64,000 nucleotides of DNA, taken from contig CP068257.2 of NCBI GenBank assembly GCA_009914755.4, positions 33,792,001 through 33,856,000 on the forward strand, read 5' to 3'. Each line of letters starts with the position of its first letter. The first letter of the stretch is position 1. The stretch comes from the human T2T-CHM13v2.0 reference genome, Homo sapiens. Below are positions 12,044-25,580 of this stretch, in pieces. Position numbers and translations under genes: made by a program. The notes beneath the pieces were generated by a model that worked only from the letters and a program-made list of their open reading frames with translations, had not been told where the DNA came from and did not search any database.

Positions 12044-12421
12044 GGGAAATTTATAAAGAAAAAGAGGTTTAATTGGCTCAGGGTTCTGCAGGCTGTACAG
12101 GAAGCATGGTGCTGGCAGCTGCTCGGCTTCTGGGGAGACCCCAGGGAGCTTTTACTAATGGCGGAGAGCAAAGCGGGACACTTTGGTATCCCATGGCCAG
12201 AGAGGAAGCAAGAGAGAAAGGAGGGGGATCTAAGTTCCTTGAAACAACCAGCTCTCATGTGAACTAAGCAAGAACTCACTCATCATCAAGAGGATGACGC
12301 TAAGCCATTCATGAGGGATCTACCCCCATGACCCAATCGCCTCCCACCAAACCCCACCTCCAACATTGGGAATCATATTGCAACATGAGATCTGGAGAGG
12401 ACAAACATTCAAGCCACATCA
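12044..12421 (-). mobile_element. Solo MaLR LTR (THE1/MST-type), antisense, 5' about 45 bp missing
   Basis: gggaaatttataaagaaaaagaggtttaattggctcagggttctgcaggctgtacaggaagcatggtgctggcagctgctcggcttctgggga...ccattcatgagggatctacccccatgacccaatcgcctcccaccaaaccccacctccaacattgggaatcatattgcaacatgagatctggagaggacaaacattcaagccacatca. Flanks do not match MaLR internal sequence. Confidence 0.85.
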
Positions 12422-13773
12422 GGAACCTGCCTGAGCTGCTGGGAACTCACCCTCATCTACCCTCTAGCCAGAAGCTCCATGTGGCAGGCACTGTTCACAC
12501 ACTCTATGTGCATTGACCTAAATGAGTTAAGTAGAATGTTTCTAACATTTTAGAGATGAGGAAACTGAGGCACAAGGTATTCAGGTATTGACTACGATCA
12601 TACAATTGAAAAATTGAGAAGCCAAAATTCAAACCTATATGGATTGACCTGGGGCCTGTGTGAGAGGTTCCACTTACATCTATGTAAGGTTTCAATTGAA
12701 GAAAGGGCTCAAAGGCAAGAAACATGAGCAAACTGCTGCTCTCAGTGGCGCCAGAAGTGACACCCTCGGACTAGGAATTTGAAGAAAAGCTCCAGAGTAA
12801 CATGCCAGGTACACACACATGCACACAGGTGCATGCTGGTTCATGAAAGCACCCATACTTTTCCCACTCAAACTGCCATAGCATCCAAAGTCTACCATTA
12901 GAAATTCATGCCTATTCTTCACTACCCTTTCTTCTTTTAAAATTCAAATTCCACATCATGTCAGATTACAGCAATCATCAGTTTATTTGATCCCTGTGAG
13001 AAGATGATCAGATTCAAACTTAGGGATAAAAAGCAGGAGGGTGCTGGGTGAACTTAGAAGGGATGGTGCTAAGAGAAACATGGAGTGCTAAAAGAAGACC
13101 CACAGATGCATTCCACCACTTTCTGGAGTGTTCAGACCTGTCTGAGGATGTCTGGCAGAATGGTGGGGTGCAGCTGCCTGGAGTCAATTTGCATGCAGGA
13201 CCCAGGAACATTCTGGAAAAAAGCATGTGCAGATGTAATACAAAGGTAAGCAGATAAGGCTGGCTTGACCAAGTGCCTGCTTCCTGAACTTTCTGAATGT
13301 AGCAGGGTCTGTTTTCACTACAGATTTCCTAAGACATCTGTGCGTAGGTCCTGCCTTGATGATCCTCTCATGGCACACAGTGACCAAGTGGGAGAGAAGC
13401 TTCTCCACACTTAAGAAGGCACCTTGGGTGGAGAGAACTCCAGAAAACAGACTAGCCTCATCACCCCAAGACCCAGAGATGCTGTAGAGTGCTGGTGTGC
13501 CAGTGGTCATGGGCAGAAGGAACCAGGGCACGAGTGCTGGTGCCCAGGAGAGCCAGGGTACCTAGGAGAAGAGGCAGAGGTCCTCTGTGAACAGGCTGGT
13601 GGTAACAGAAAGCAGTGTTTGATGGGTGTATTTGAGAGCACCATCATTCACTAGTAAATACTTGCTCAGAAATATGTGAGGGAGACTTAAACTGAGAACT
13701 AGAGATGAGGAGGTGAGGTAATGTCATCTAGGGGAGGTGACAGCAAAATGTGGAAAATAATTTTCCTATTATT

Positions 13774-14525
13774 ATGAGTGAATTGTGTCCCCCATGTCCC
13801 AAGGTTTGTATGTTGAAGCTTAGTACCCCAGAAAGTGGCCTTACTTTGAAATAAGATCATTGCAGATATAATTAGTTAAGATGAGATCATACTGGCTTAG
13901 ATCTACGCCAAAATGACTGATGTCCTTATAAAAAGAGGAAATTTGGTGGATGCAGTGGCTCTTTCCTGTAATCCTAGCTCTTTGGGAGGCCAAGGTAGGC
14001 AGACTGCTTGAGCCCAAGAGTTCAAGACCAGCCTGGGTAACATTGCAAGACCCTGATTCTACGAAAAATGCAAAAAATTATCTGGGCATGATGGCACATG
14101 CCTGTAGTCCTACCTACTTAGGAGGCTGAGGTGGGAGAATTGCTTGAGCCCAGAAGGTCAAGGCTGCATTGAGCCATGATTGTGCTACTGGCATTTCAAC
14201 CTGGGTGACAAAGCAAGACCGTGTCTTTTTAAAAAGAAAAAAAATGGAAACATAGACATGCACACAGGGAGAACACCATGTGAAGATGAAGGCAGATATC
14301 TGGGTGATACTTCATAAGCCAAAGTAATGCCAGGTTGCCAGAAATCCACCAGAGTCTAGGAGAGAGGCACACAAGATTCAGCCTACAGCTTCAGAAGAAA
14401 CCTTCCCTGCTGACACCTTGATCTCAGTCTTCCAGCCTTCAGAGCTAAGAGATAATCAATTTATGTTGTTTAATGCAACCCAATTTGTGGGACTTTGTTA
14501 CAGCAGCCCTGGGAAATGAACACAA
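13774..14525 (+). mobile_element. MLT1-type MaLR LTR interrupted by a nested Alu
   Basis: atgagtgaattgtgtcccccatgtcccaaggtttgtatgttgaagcttagtaccccagaaagtggccttactttgaaataagatcattgcagatataattagttaagatgagatcatactgg...[Alu]...cacagggagaacaccatgtgaagatgaaggcagatatctgg...cagcctacagcttcagaagaaaccttccctgctgacaccttgatctcag...ccaatttgtgggactttgttacagcagccctgggaaatgaacacaa. Confidence 0.8.
13945..14244 (+). mobile_element. Alu nested inside the MLT1 LTR
   Basis: ggtggatgcagtggctctttcctgtaatcctagctctttgggaggccaaggtaggcagactgcttgagcccaagagttcaagaccagcctgggtaac...gtgctactggcatttcaacctgggtgacaaagcaagaccgtgtc, followed by an A-rich tail. Confidence 0.95.
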
Positions 14526-15688
14526 TGAGGAATGTAGCTGCATTTGTACCCACAGGCCAATGTGACCTGGGTCAGCCAACATCTGCAACTAGAAGCTCAC
14601 CTTGAAAATCGATGCTCCTTAAACTCATCACCAGGACCTGATTATGATATAGTCAGCCAACTAATTACTGCCAAGAATAAGAAATAAAAGTTTTCTGTTT
14701 CCACCAGAGTAAGAAGGTCCAGCTGTTCCATTAGGAGCAGTGATTAATCCAGTTTTGAAGAGCTGGGTATTTCCTGTTGAGCTAGGTCTTTCCTCTGGGG
14801 AAATTCTTATTTTTCACAACCAAGGAAGAAAGTCTTATTCACTATATGGCAGGAACTCAAGAAACATGGTATTGAGGATGTTGATGACAGAGATGATGGG
14901 AGTAGTAGTGGTAAAAATAGAAATTAGCCATTTCTTCAATAATCTTCACTATAAGAGTTGGATGGAGCACAACCATCTTCCATGGAAGTTGTTCCTGTTT
15001 TCTCATTTCACCTTCTGACATCACTTGTAAAATGTATATTAAGACAGCAGCATACTATTTTTTGAAATGAGACACTTAAAATACCCTGAATCAAGTAAAA
15101 ATATGAAAATCTTTAAATTAATAATAAGGACTTGCTGGCCTTCAGAACATTCATTTGAGCTATTTTTGATATGTGAGAAAGTTGTGCAATCTCGTCTCTT
15201 GTAATGTGACTTTCACTAGTGTATTAGAGAATATGTTATTCCAATTTGCAAAAATTATGTAACCAAGAATTTATTTGCTGTCTTTCATATGCCAAGCAGT
15301 GTGTAATGGAGAATAAAGAAACTCAATACGTGGTTTCCGCTCTGAAGGACCTTACTTGTTAAGCAGGGCAAGACCTTAAGACAAGAAGCAATAATGGGTG
15401 AATAAGGTGAGGTGATGAATTTTTCAAGACTAAGAAAGCTCGAAGAAGGAAATATGCAGTCCTTGGAGAGACAGGACCCAAAGCAACCTCACAAAACCAG
15501 TCCTGTTTTGACTGGAGAGTCTGTCTGGCTTAGACAATCCTTTTCATCTTTTGGTTTCTAGTTTGGTACAGGGAAAAATGTCCTTGATACGCCAAAGCAT
15601 TCTCATGAGAAATGCACCAAAATTTTTTAAATGTGCATTTATTTGATGATCAGCAAATGTTAGGTCAATTGTGGTAAAATGTTTTCTG

Positions 15689-16038
<350 letters not shown>

Positions 16039-19000
16039 TCAGCACCCATTTCCTTGTTGTTGTTGTTGTTGTTATAATGCAAATATTTTCCTTTAGAAAC
16101 CACCTCTCACCCACCCTCAGACTAACCACATTGGCTGGGACTGATCCCACTTATCCCTATTTTCCTATGGGCCCTGACAGCAGCCTGGCCATTCAGAGCA
16201 GTCCATGCCTCAGGCCAGACTTGGGCTCAAGAATTGGCATAGCTTTGTGTATATGGAGCCAAGACGTACTTTGAAAAGTACAACGTTGTTTAATAAGTAT
16301 TTAAGTGCCCTTTTCATCTGCCAATCAATTTAAAATAAGGTATTGAACTACTAGTAAAGTCTAAATTAACGTCATAATATTAAAAATAAAACGAATATGA
16401 TATTCAAAAATATATCAATGTCTTGGGAGGGTTTTAAACAAGCGTTTTAGAAATACTTTAGAAACAATTATCTGGGCCAGACAGATATAGTGCTTTATGG
16501 ACTGAGTTGTAGGTTTATGATCCTTACATTATCCAAAGCACCTGATAAATCACAGGGCTGTTTCGGCTCTTTCCAATGGTCACTGAAAACTTTGAGTAGA
16601 TATAATTATCAATGTTACGCACATTTTCTACATATTGAAAGCACTGGAAGCTCTTCCTACATAAAGTATCAAAATATGAAATAGTTTGAAAAATGTGTCA
16701 GGCTTCATTTTATTTGATAAAATGCTGTATTTAAATATAATTAAAATAAAAAGTCAAAACCACATTAAAACTGTGTCAATATTTCAGCAAAAGGTGATTT
16801 TTTTTCCTCAAAACTCAGAAATCTATCCCATCTCAACTGATGTTCCACGGGCTATACAGTATATTTCCTGTATGTAAACAAGTAAAAATAACACCAGCAC
16901 TTCTCCAGGGCTTCTGTGTCAATATGTTATCAGAAAATATCACCTATCTCTCTCCCCTCTTGGGCTTATTAAAATGAAATTTGGTAAGTTAAATCAATTA
17001 GATGAAAAAATACTTTTTTAAAAAGTTCAATTTTATATTTTAAAATTAGAAGTAAAAAAACTCATATTGTACTTTTGCTATGTTGAAAGCATTGCTCATT
17101 TCTTGATAATGAAAAGGGAAACGTTACATCCAGTTGAGAGGAAAAAAAAAAAAAAGATGCTGATGGTGATGCTGACTTAAAATAAATAATCACAAATAGC
17201 CACGCATTTGTAGCCCTGCACTTCCAGACTTCCCTTCATGAAAGCCCTTGGGATTGGGGCCATTTTTAAAGGCTCTGGAGTGACCAGAACATTAGCTAAT
17301 TTCAGAGAGTACAAAATGAAATACTATCTATGAATTCCAATAAGCATCGTCTCTAAAGATGACTTCTCAGAACTGCGGAACTCTTTATGGAGATTTTAGC
17401 TGGGATGATGGTGCTTGTAAGTAATCTCACCCCAAAGCAGTTCATTTTCAAGAAGACACTTACATCACTAATTGTTCTCACTCAGAGAGCTATTTAATGC
17501 TCCCAGATCCTCCAGCCCCTCCCCACTGCTCTCCTTCGTTCCAATGCTGTCTTGTCTCCTAATGAGAAGCCTGCAGCATCTATCAGCCCTCCCAGAAGCC
17601 CTGTACTCCCACCTCCTGCATGGGAATGTATAACTGCAGAGGGGGCTCTGAGCAACAAATGACTCTTCCTTAGTGAGGAACGAGATAGACTAAGAGTTCA
17701 TGGTAAGAAAGCTCAGAAAGTATAAACAGAGCACCTTAAAAAACAATGACCAGCAATTTAGTACAGATAGAAGTAACAGCGAGTTAGTAAGCTCTAAAGC
17801 AGAATTGTAAACCCCTATTCTTCAAAAAGCATAGTACATTCTAAGGAAAAAACTGAATTATCTAAACACTCTAGAAATCTAAAAAAGACAACTCTAAACC
17901 AAACTAAATGTTTCTACCCCAAAGAAAAGACAAATGCTGATCTTAGAGAGTTTACATGCTCCTAGAGATCTTTGAGGTTAAAAATTCCCCAAATGATTCA
18001 TTTTGACCACCTCAATTTTGGTGAGAAAGGAAGAAGACAGCTTACGATATTGAAATTAATGTGCATGGGGAGTATTCATCCTGCATGGAAATCACGTCAA
18101 AGAACACCTTAAGTTGTTAATTTCATAGACTTAAAATACTTTAAGCTTCTTAGCATTTATAGGAAAAATTACTACATTTCATGATAAGCTGAAACTAAAC
18201 ATTTTCAAGAATTTTCTTGTATGAAAAGAGGAGGAGATTAAAGGTATCTTTCTTGGGATCATGGAAAGTCATCAAATTGATACAAATTGAGTGTTAACTC
18301 TTTTTCTGTTCCTTTTATTGTATATCCCCCAGTCATTTATCCTCTTTGTGGTTCAGCGCCCTTCTTTGTGGAATCAAGCTGTTTTGAAAGTGCTAGATTC
18401 TCTACCCAGGAAGATAGTGTACATTCTAGGAGTAAGTGAGCCCCCACTGAGAGATGTGTGAATTAGCCCTACTGTGGGATGGCGGACAATGTGTAAACTC
18501 TCCTCCAGTACACACACACCTAGTAATTTAGATAATTCTATTAGCCATATGTTGCTAGAGATTTCCCTTTCCCATAAGCAAATCACAACGAAGGGAAAGG
18601 TTGTTTGAGCATCAGCCAAAAAAATAAAAATAAAAAATAAAAAAAGAATGTTTATTGATGGCTTTCATTGTGCTAGATTCTGAGACTCCGTGAGATAGCC
18701 CATTCCCCCTGGGTTTTACCCGCCAGCCCGGGAGCTATGACACAAATTCCGGGAGATGAACTGAGCAGCCTCAGCTCAGTGTTGGCTGTGAAGGCAAGAG
18801 GCACATGCTCTAGGAATTCCAGAAAGGAGGTGATACGAGGGACCGGGCTGGACAGCAAACAGCATTCTGCAGAAATTATATGACTTTTTTTTAAAGACCT
18901 TTTTATCTGGAAATAATTTCAAACTTACAAAAAATTACAAAATACCACAAAGGTCTCCTTTATGTCTTCACCAGATTTCTCAATTATTAACATTTTGTTA

Positions 19001-20323
19001 TTTTTGCTCTGTCATTTTCTACCTTATGAATCATTTGAGAGTAAATTACAGACAAGATGCCTCTCTACTAAACACTTTAGTGTGTATGTCCTAAGAAGGA
19101 CATGCTCTTACATAAGCTCAGTGCAGTTATCACAGTCAGGAAATGATCATTGACACAATACTCTCATCTAACCTTGGAGATGACTTTTTAACTGCCCCTT
19201 TTGCACAGTTTCTCCTATTCCATGGGTTTCTGTGTATTCAAAACAATAAAAAACAACCCTCATTTTTATTTGGGTCTTAAGAGATTCCCAACAGGGAGAG
19301 AGGTGGACCTCAAACCATCCAAACCTCAGTCCAAAGAGTCTCCAATAAGATGGCATTCAACTCTCAAAGGAAACACATTTTCAACTCATCATTTAGCCAG
19401 CTTCATTTCTCAAAATTCCCTCTGACAGCAAAAGTTTTAACAGTTAAGTTTCTGCCAGAAGAGTTGTCTAGCAGTTGTTCCCGTCCCCTGTTCCTCTGTG
19501 CCAGCTTCCTCCCCCTCCCTGTCTGCCCCATGTCTGACACCGAAGCCACATCAGACGCTGGGAGAAGAAGCAGACACACACCCTGTCAACACATCTTTGG
19601 CTGCCCGACTCTCAGCACAGTAGTGGCGGGGGGTCACCAGCAGACAGGATGCTTCCCACACGGGGATGATTTAATCCCCAGCGTTTTCATCCAGTGCAAG
19701 AGAGAAGCCCGCTGCTTGTGGGCCAGGTGATGGGAATTAGGCAGGAGCCGTGGTAAGAATAAAGGCGCTCCTGAGTGACAGGCATCACCCCTCCTTCACT
19801 GGGGTTTTGCCACTGTAAGGCTCAAAATACCCGACAACAAAAAACTTCAGAAATTAATCTGGGATTTTCATTTTAAAAAGACTTTTTGAGCCCTTTTAGG
19901 CAGATGCTGAAATCATTTCAACATGCTCTTCCATAACAAGGTTCAGTGTTATTTTAAAAAATTACTTGGAGCAGGGTGTTCATGCTTGGTAACAGATACA
20001 TTTTAGGACTTGGCTCCTGGGATGGCCTGTTAACCAAATACAATCATGTGATTATTCTAATGACACATCTGGGTCCTTCCAGAAATGTGAAAGAATGAAC
20101 AATCTAATAACCAATTCCTGGAATAAATCACATGTGCTTTTCCAGAACTTTCTCACAACCTAATACAGTTTTCTTCCATTAACAAAAGGCATAACATTTA
20201 GCATTTTCTCTGGCAAACTGAAAGCACAAAGAACCCACAAAAATTAAAAAAGTAAGCGCAGAGAAATATTTTATGATTGTTTTATAGTTTTATTTATGAT
20301 TAGTTGAAATGAGAACTTGGGTC

Positions 20324-20626
20324 TTTTTTTTTTTTTTTTTTTTGAAACAGGATCTCACTCTCTTGCCCAAACTGGAGTACAGTGGCACAATCTCGGCTCA
20401 CTGCAATCTCTGCCTCCTAGGTTCAAGCAATTCTCCTGTCTCAGCTTCCTGAGTAGCTGGGACTACAGGCATGCACTACCATGCCCAGCAAATTTTTGTA
20501 TTTTTAGTAGAAACAGGGTTTTACCATGTTGGCTGGGCTGGTCTTGAACTCCTGACCTCAAGTGAGCTGCCTGCCTCGGCCTTCCAAAGTGCTGGGATTA
20601 CAGGCGTGAGCCACCATAGCCAGCCA
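20324..20626 (-). mobile_element. Alu (antisense) with 20-nt poly-T
   Basis: tttttttttttttttttttgaaacaggatctcactctcttgcccaaactggagtacagtggcacaatctcggctcactgcaatctctgcctcctagg...cttccaaagtgctgggattacaggcgtgagccaccatagccagcc. Confidence 0.95.
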
Positions 20627-21284
20627 AAGACTTAGGTCTAGACACTTTGCTCAAAATGCAACCCAAAGATTAGCAACATCAGCATCACCTGGGATTTGTT
20701 AAAATTCAGACTCAGGTCCCACCCCAGGACCCCTGCATCAAAATTTGGATTTTAACAGGATGTCTGAGTGATCTGCACACACACTAAACTGTAAGAAGCC
20801 ATTTTTTAAACAAGTGTGCCATCCAGGCAAGGCTAAAAGAAGCCACCAGAGAGTGAAGAAAATCCCAACAGAGTTCGCAGAAGAGGTGGGGGCCACAGTA
20901 AACTTAAGGAGTATCAGTATTTTCCAAAGAACCAAAAAACTAATATCCCACTTAATTTATCCAAAATAGAGTTACCAGATATAGCAAATAAAAATACAGG
21001 GCACCCAGTCAAATTTAAATTTCAGAGCAGCAATGGACAATTTTTTGGTATGTCCCAAGAAGCATTTGGACACATTTTTACCAAAAAATTATTTGTAGCT
21101 TATCAGAAATTCTAATTTAACTGCACATTCTATATTTTATCTAGTAATCCTATTTCAGAGACTCTAGATTAAAAAGCAAATTGCAAATATGTCCTTCTGA
21201 ATGAAGGTTTCCCTAATAGACTTTGACGAACTTTGCTAAAAGAACGATAGCCTTTTCTTTCCTTAGCTATTTGTATTTGTTTTT

Positions 21285-21418
21285 GTCTTTTTTCCTTCCT
21301 TTCTCCTTCCTTCCTTCCTTCCCTTTCCTTTCTTTTCTTTCTTTCCTTTCTTTTCTCCTTTCCCTTCCCCTCCTTCCTTCCTTTTTCTTTTCTCTTTCAC
21401 TCCTTCCTTCCTTCTTTT
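21285..21418. repeat. About 130-bp polypyrimidine (TTCC/CTTT)n tract; polypurine on the minus strand
   Basis: ttttccttcctttctccttccttccttccttccctttcctttcttttctttctttcctttcttttctcctttcccttcccctccttccttcctttttcttttctctttcactccttccttccttc. Confidence 0.9.
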
Positions 21419-23008
21419 ATACCCGAAGTTCATCTTATTTCTCATGTGTTCCTGAGACTGTAGCTAACCTATTTTATTCTCTTACCAGAACCCAGGCAAA
21501 TAAGTGTTAATCTGGAATAGTTCTACTTGTTGTGGCATGAGAACTGCTCACAACTGGAAAAAAATGGTTTTTACTTACTGGGAGCATCCTGGCTAAATTT
21601 GTAAACGCGTCCCTCCGTTACCAATAATAAACGACGTAGGACTATACCATCCAAATAGCTACCTTCCAATATTTTAAAGTGCTTAATTATGAAATGACAA
21701 TTCTAAGAAAACTTAATAAAATGTAGAAAATACTATACAGTTCAAAAGCAAGATTTTACCTTCTAAGAACAGAATGAAAACAATCAAACAAAAATTCTGA
21801 GGCCCAGTGATTTCACTCAAATGAGAAACACAGAAAACAATGAGTAGGGCCAATGTGCAGTAAAAGGCACCTTACATTCATGGAAAAGGAAAGAATTCAA
21901 GCATGTGTTAAAAGGGCAATAAAATAAAAAGGAGAAAAAAATATAAAAGCCTATTAAGCCACAAGAATGTTTCTTTTGATGCTTATTTTTGTATTAAATA
22001 GCAAAAGGATAATGCCATCAATTAACCATGATCTTCATAATAAAACAGAATATTTTACAGTCAAAAAAAAAACTTGGAAAACCCAGCTTTTAGTTCCCAT
22101 GCAACATCCTCAAATCACTAGAACAAGTGAGTTGCTAATTTTCTTCTCTGTTACAACAACAGAAATAAAATCTAGCAGAGAACAAAACAGTTACCATACC
22201 CACAACCAACATCTCTACGCATCTTTTTTTTTTCCAGCTGCTATTCATATCAAGTTTAAGAAGCCACCCCATAAGTCTCCCAGAAGTCTCTGAAAAATAA
22301 AAATAGGCAGAAAAGATGATTACTGAGGACTGCGAGTGGGAAAACCATGTACTCAATTTGTTCCCAAAGTTTTTCAAGAAAGCAAGATGATTTTAGTAAC
22401 ATATTTGCGCTGATTCCTCTAAAAGGACCATGCACCATAATGAATGCCGAGTAGTGGAGTTGGTGGTGACAGTTGGGTTGGCATTCTTAGACCCAGATGT
22501 TCTCAGCCAGCATCAGCTTTGATCTCCCTGACGACCTGCATACTCTTAAGATGCTGGTTTAGAAGATTTTTTGCAGAGTGGAAAATACCAGGGAAAGATG
22601 CACAGAGGAGTGCTGAAACCTAAATGCTGCCTTAGGTTGGTCAATTGTACCATCAAAGGAATTGAATTTCTCAGAGATAAGAGTTTTGTGTACACTGTAA
22701 GATGAACTTTTCCATTCCTGATCACTAGATGGTGTGAAGGAGTCCAGAATATGCCACCCCAAAATATGCCACTTTAGCATGAGTATTATTTTGAGCTGAA
22801 GGCAACTGCGAATCAACAGAAGCAGGGAAAGTTCTCTGCCCTCCCCTTATCTGCCTAAAAACAGGGTATAAATTTCCTCTTGTGAAAGAGTCATATATTC
22901 CCCAGTCCCCCTGGACCAGGATGAAAAGAATGACCTTTATCACTGAAGAAATATAATTGACACTGAGATGAGTCTGCATAAACAAATTTTAAAATTATCC
23001 TTAACTTT

Positions 23009-25580
23009 TGTATTAGTCAGAGGGACAGAACGCTAGAGGGACAGAACTAATGGAATAGATTAGATTAATAGAAAACTCCATTAACTACCTGACCTCCATA
23101 AGCCCCTCCTTTAACTGGAGGACCACAGTGACATTTAAGGTCCCCTTGGATGAACGTCAGTTCACAGCCAGTGTCCAGTAGTCCTCAAAAAGTCTGATCA
23201 TTTCCCTTTTCCCAGTGAACAGTTAACCCTGGTAAAAGACTGGAGGTCTCCTTGGGGAAGGATGGGAGAAAGAGTCACTGCATAAATAGTTGGTAATGTA
23301 GTGCTGGTCCTTCCTCAAAAGAACCCAGACTCCCCTTCATTCAAGGGGTTCTGGGTCTGTAAACCGTCTCAAGTCTGGAAATTGATTGAAAGGCTGTGAT
23401 TCTCCATTTTTATAATTCAAATTAGACTTTCATCCATTTGACCTAGAAGTTATCCGCTTGTATAAATTAAGTAGGAATGCAGTAGGCTTCCTATCAATTT
23501 CACTTCTAGGAACACCATGATTAATTACCCAATGCCAGAGCTCTACATGAGTCAGACTATTCTGATTGCTGCTTTGCCTCTGCTGTCCGTTACGGTAGCT
23601 ACACCCACCTTGTCTTTGGTGGTTGAGTGCTGCCACTTGGCCCCTGCCACCTGAAGATCCAATTATTGCCACTGTATTTAAATTTTGTAGTTGAGTGACT
23701 GTGGTTCCCCGTTAGATCTGACATACAGAAAAGAGCAATTACAGGGCTCTTCAAAGATGCAGGTGCTGCCCTCACAAATCCATTTTGCAAGGCATCGGTC
23801 AAGGGTATATTTTTCTGGACCCTCCCAGCTGGGATGAGCAGGTCTAAAGTGACTAATTCACTCCACCATCCCAATCTCCCTAAGCCTTTGGATCCCTTCC
23901 TCTACATTAAACCAAGAGAGATCAGGCATTTCCACCTTGCTCACAGGGGTCGTTTTTTAATCCAAATTTTAGCTAACCAGGCAAATAAACTATTAGAACC
24001 TTTTTTAACTTCCCGAGCTGCAGCATTAAATGCAGAGTCCTTACTTAGTGGGCCCAAATCAATAAATTCAGCCTGATCCAACTCTGTGTTCCTTCCACCA
24101 TTATCCCACATCCTTAATATCCATTCCCATGCCTGTTCTCCAGATTTGTTTATATAAATTAGAAAACTCAAACAGTTATTTTTGAGCATAGTACACCCCC
24201 TCATGGGTCACACTCTCAACCTCACCTCTAGGGGCCTGCTTGGACTTTAGTCTAGTTACAAATGTAGAAGCAAACAGGGGTGTTAGGGGTGGCTCCTGAG
24301 GAGAATCAACATTATTTTGCCTGGCAACTGCCTCAGAGGAGGCCATCACTGTTGCCTCAGGCAGTGCAGGGTTTATCTCCTCAGACAAAGGGGGAAAGGC
24401 TGATGGCCATGATGGCATGGGTTGGGGAGGGGATGTTGCCACTAATGGGGATGAGGAAGTTGTTGGTTCTGGCAAAAAAGGCTCATCAGAGTTTACAAAC
24501 TCAGTGTCCCCAGCTTCATCAGGGTCCCCCCACATGTCTCCATTCCGAGTTGCAGGTTTCCTTTCTTTCCCAATCAGTGCCCTCACTTTAACAGTAGACA
24601 CCTGGAGAGACTGTGTATGCACCTTTCATTGCAGGTCAGACACTCGCATGATAAAAGCTTGTATCTGTTTCTCCACAATTTCAGCTCTTTCTCTACAGGA
24701 GATAAGACTCTTACTCAGGGCAATCTTAGCAGATTTGAGGCTCAGTACCTGCTTCTGAAGTTGGGAACTAGAATCCCTGAGTTCATCATTTTATTTCATC
24801 ACTTTGTCCAGCGAACTTCAGAGCAACCAACCAGCTTCATTCTGTTCTTTGGTTCTCCACATATGATCAAATGCATTATGTATAGAGTCACTAAACTCCT
24901 TGCCTCTCATGAGTGATAAATCAGGAGTGTCAAATGCATTTATTTTGCATAATTCTCTAAACAGTTCACACCAAGGACTATCAGTGTTCTCCATACTATT
25001 AGAAGTAGAGTCCTTAGCATGTTTTGATCTAATCATATTAAGCAGTCAGCTCCAGAAATCCCAAAACCAACGAAAGAACTCCATCCTTAATATTATTTTC
25101 CTCTAGAACTACTCCTAGTGCCAAAATCTGTATTAGTCAGGGTTTTAGTCAGGGTTCTCCAGAGGGACAAAACTAAGGGAATATATATATATTTATGGAG
25201 CTTATTAAATATTAGCTCACATGATCACGAGGTCCCACAATAAGCCATCTGCAGGCTGAGGAGCAAGGAGAGCCAGTCTGAGTTCCAAAACTGAAGAACC
25301 TGGAGTATGATGTTCGAGGGCAGGAAGCATCCAGCACAGGAGAAAGATGTAGGCTGGAAGGCTAGGCCAGCCTCTCTTTTCACATTTTTCTGCCTGTTGT
25401 ATTCTAGCCACGCTGGCAGCTGATTAAATGGTGCTCATGCAGATTAAGGGTGGGTCTACCTTTCCCAGCCCACTGACTCAAATGTTAATCTCCTTTGGCA
25501 ACACCCTCACTGACATACCCAGGATCAATGCTTTGTATCCTTCAATCCAATCAAGTTGACAGGCAGTACTAACCATCACA
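23009..25580 (-). mobile_element. ERV-like provirus remnant, antisense: deleted 3' LTR stub (23009-23065), internal region with gag-like ORF remnants, 5' LTR (25129-25580)
   Basis: 5' LTR in RC: tgtattagtcagggttttagtcagggttctccagagggacaaaactaagggaatatatatat...ttcaatccaatcaagttgacaggcagtactaaccatcaca. A matching stub tgtattagtcagagggacagaac sits at 23009. Minus-strand ORFs 24818-25036 and 24176-24622 (148 aa, Pro/Ser-rich ...PEPTTSSSPLVATSPPQPMPSWPSAFPP...) lie immediately downstream of the 5' LTR, where a gag would be expected. Confidence 0.5.
25129..25580 (-). mobile_element. ERV LTR (same TGTGATGG...TAATACA class as 10725-11287), 5' LTR of the remnant above
   Basis: tgtattagtcaggg...ggctcacatgatcacgaggtcccacaataagccatctgcaggctgaggagcaaggagagccagtctgagttccaaaactgaagaacctggagtatgatgttcgagggcaggaagcatccagcacagg...cagattaagggtgggtctacctttcccagcccactgactcaaatgttaatctcctttggcaacaccctcactgacatacccagg...taaccatcaca. 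Confidence 0.7.

Noticed and set aside
11795-12262. 155-aa plus-strand ORF
   Set aside because: The 3' two-thirds overlap the antisense MaLR LTR at 12044-12421 and the rest is unique AT-rich sequence. It looks like a typical chance ORF in a repeat.
18375-18720. Two partial copies of a gtgctagattct...gagatagccc motif about 290 bp apart
   Set aside because: The copies are short and degenerate, and I cannot place them in a transposon family or show meaningful symmetry. This is likely an eroded old repeat.
21223-21510. 95-aa Ser/Leu/Phe-rich ORF (and 35253-35614 analogues)
   Set aside because: These are generated by polypyrimidine simple-sequence tracts and are translation artefacts.
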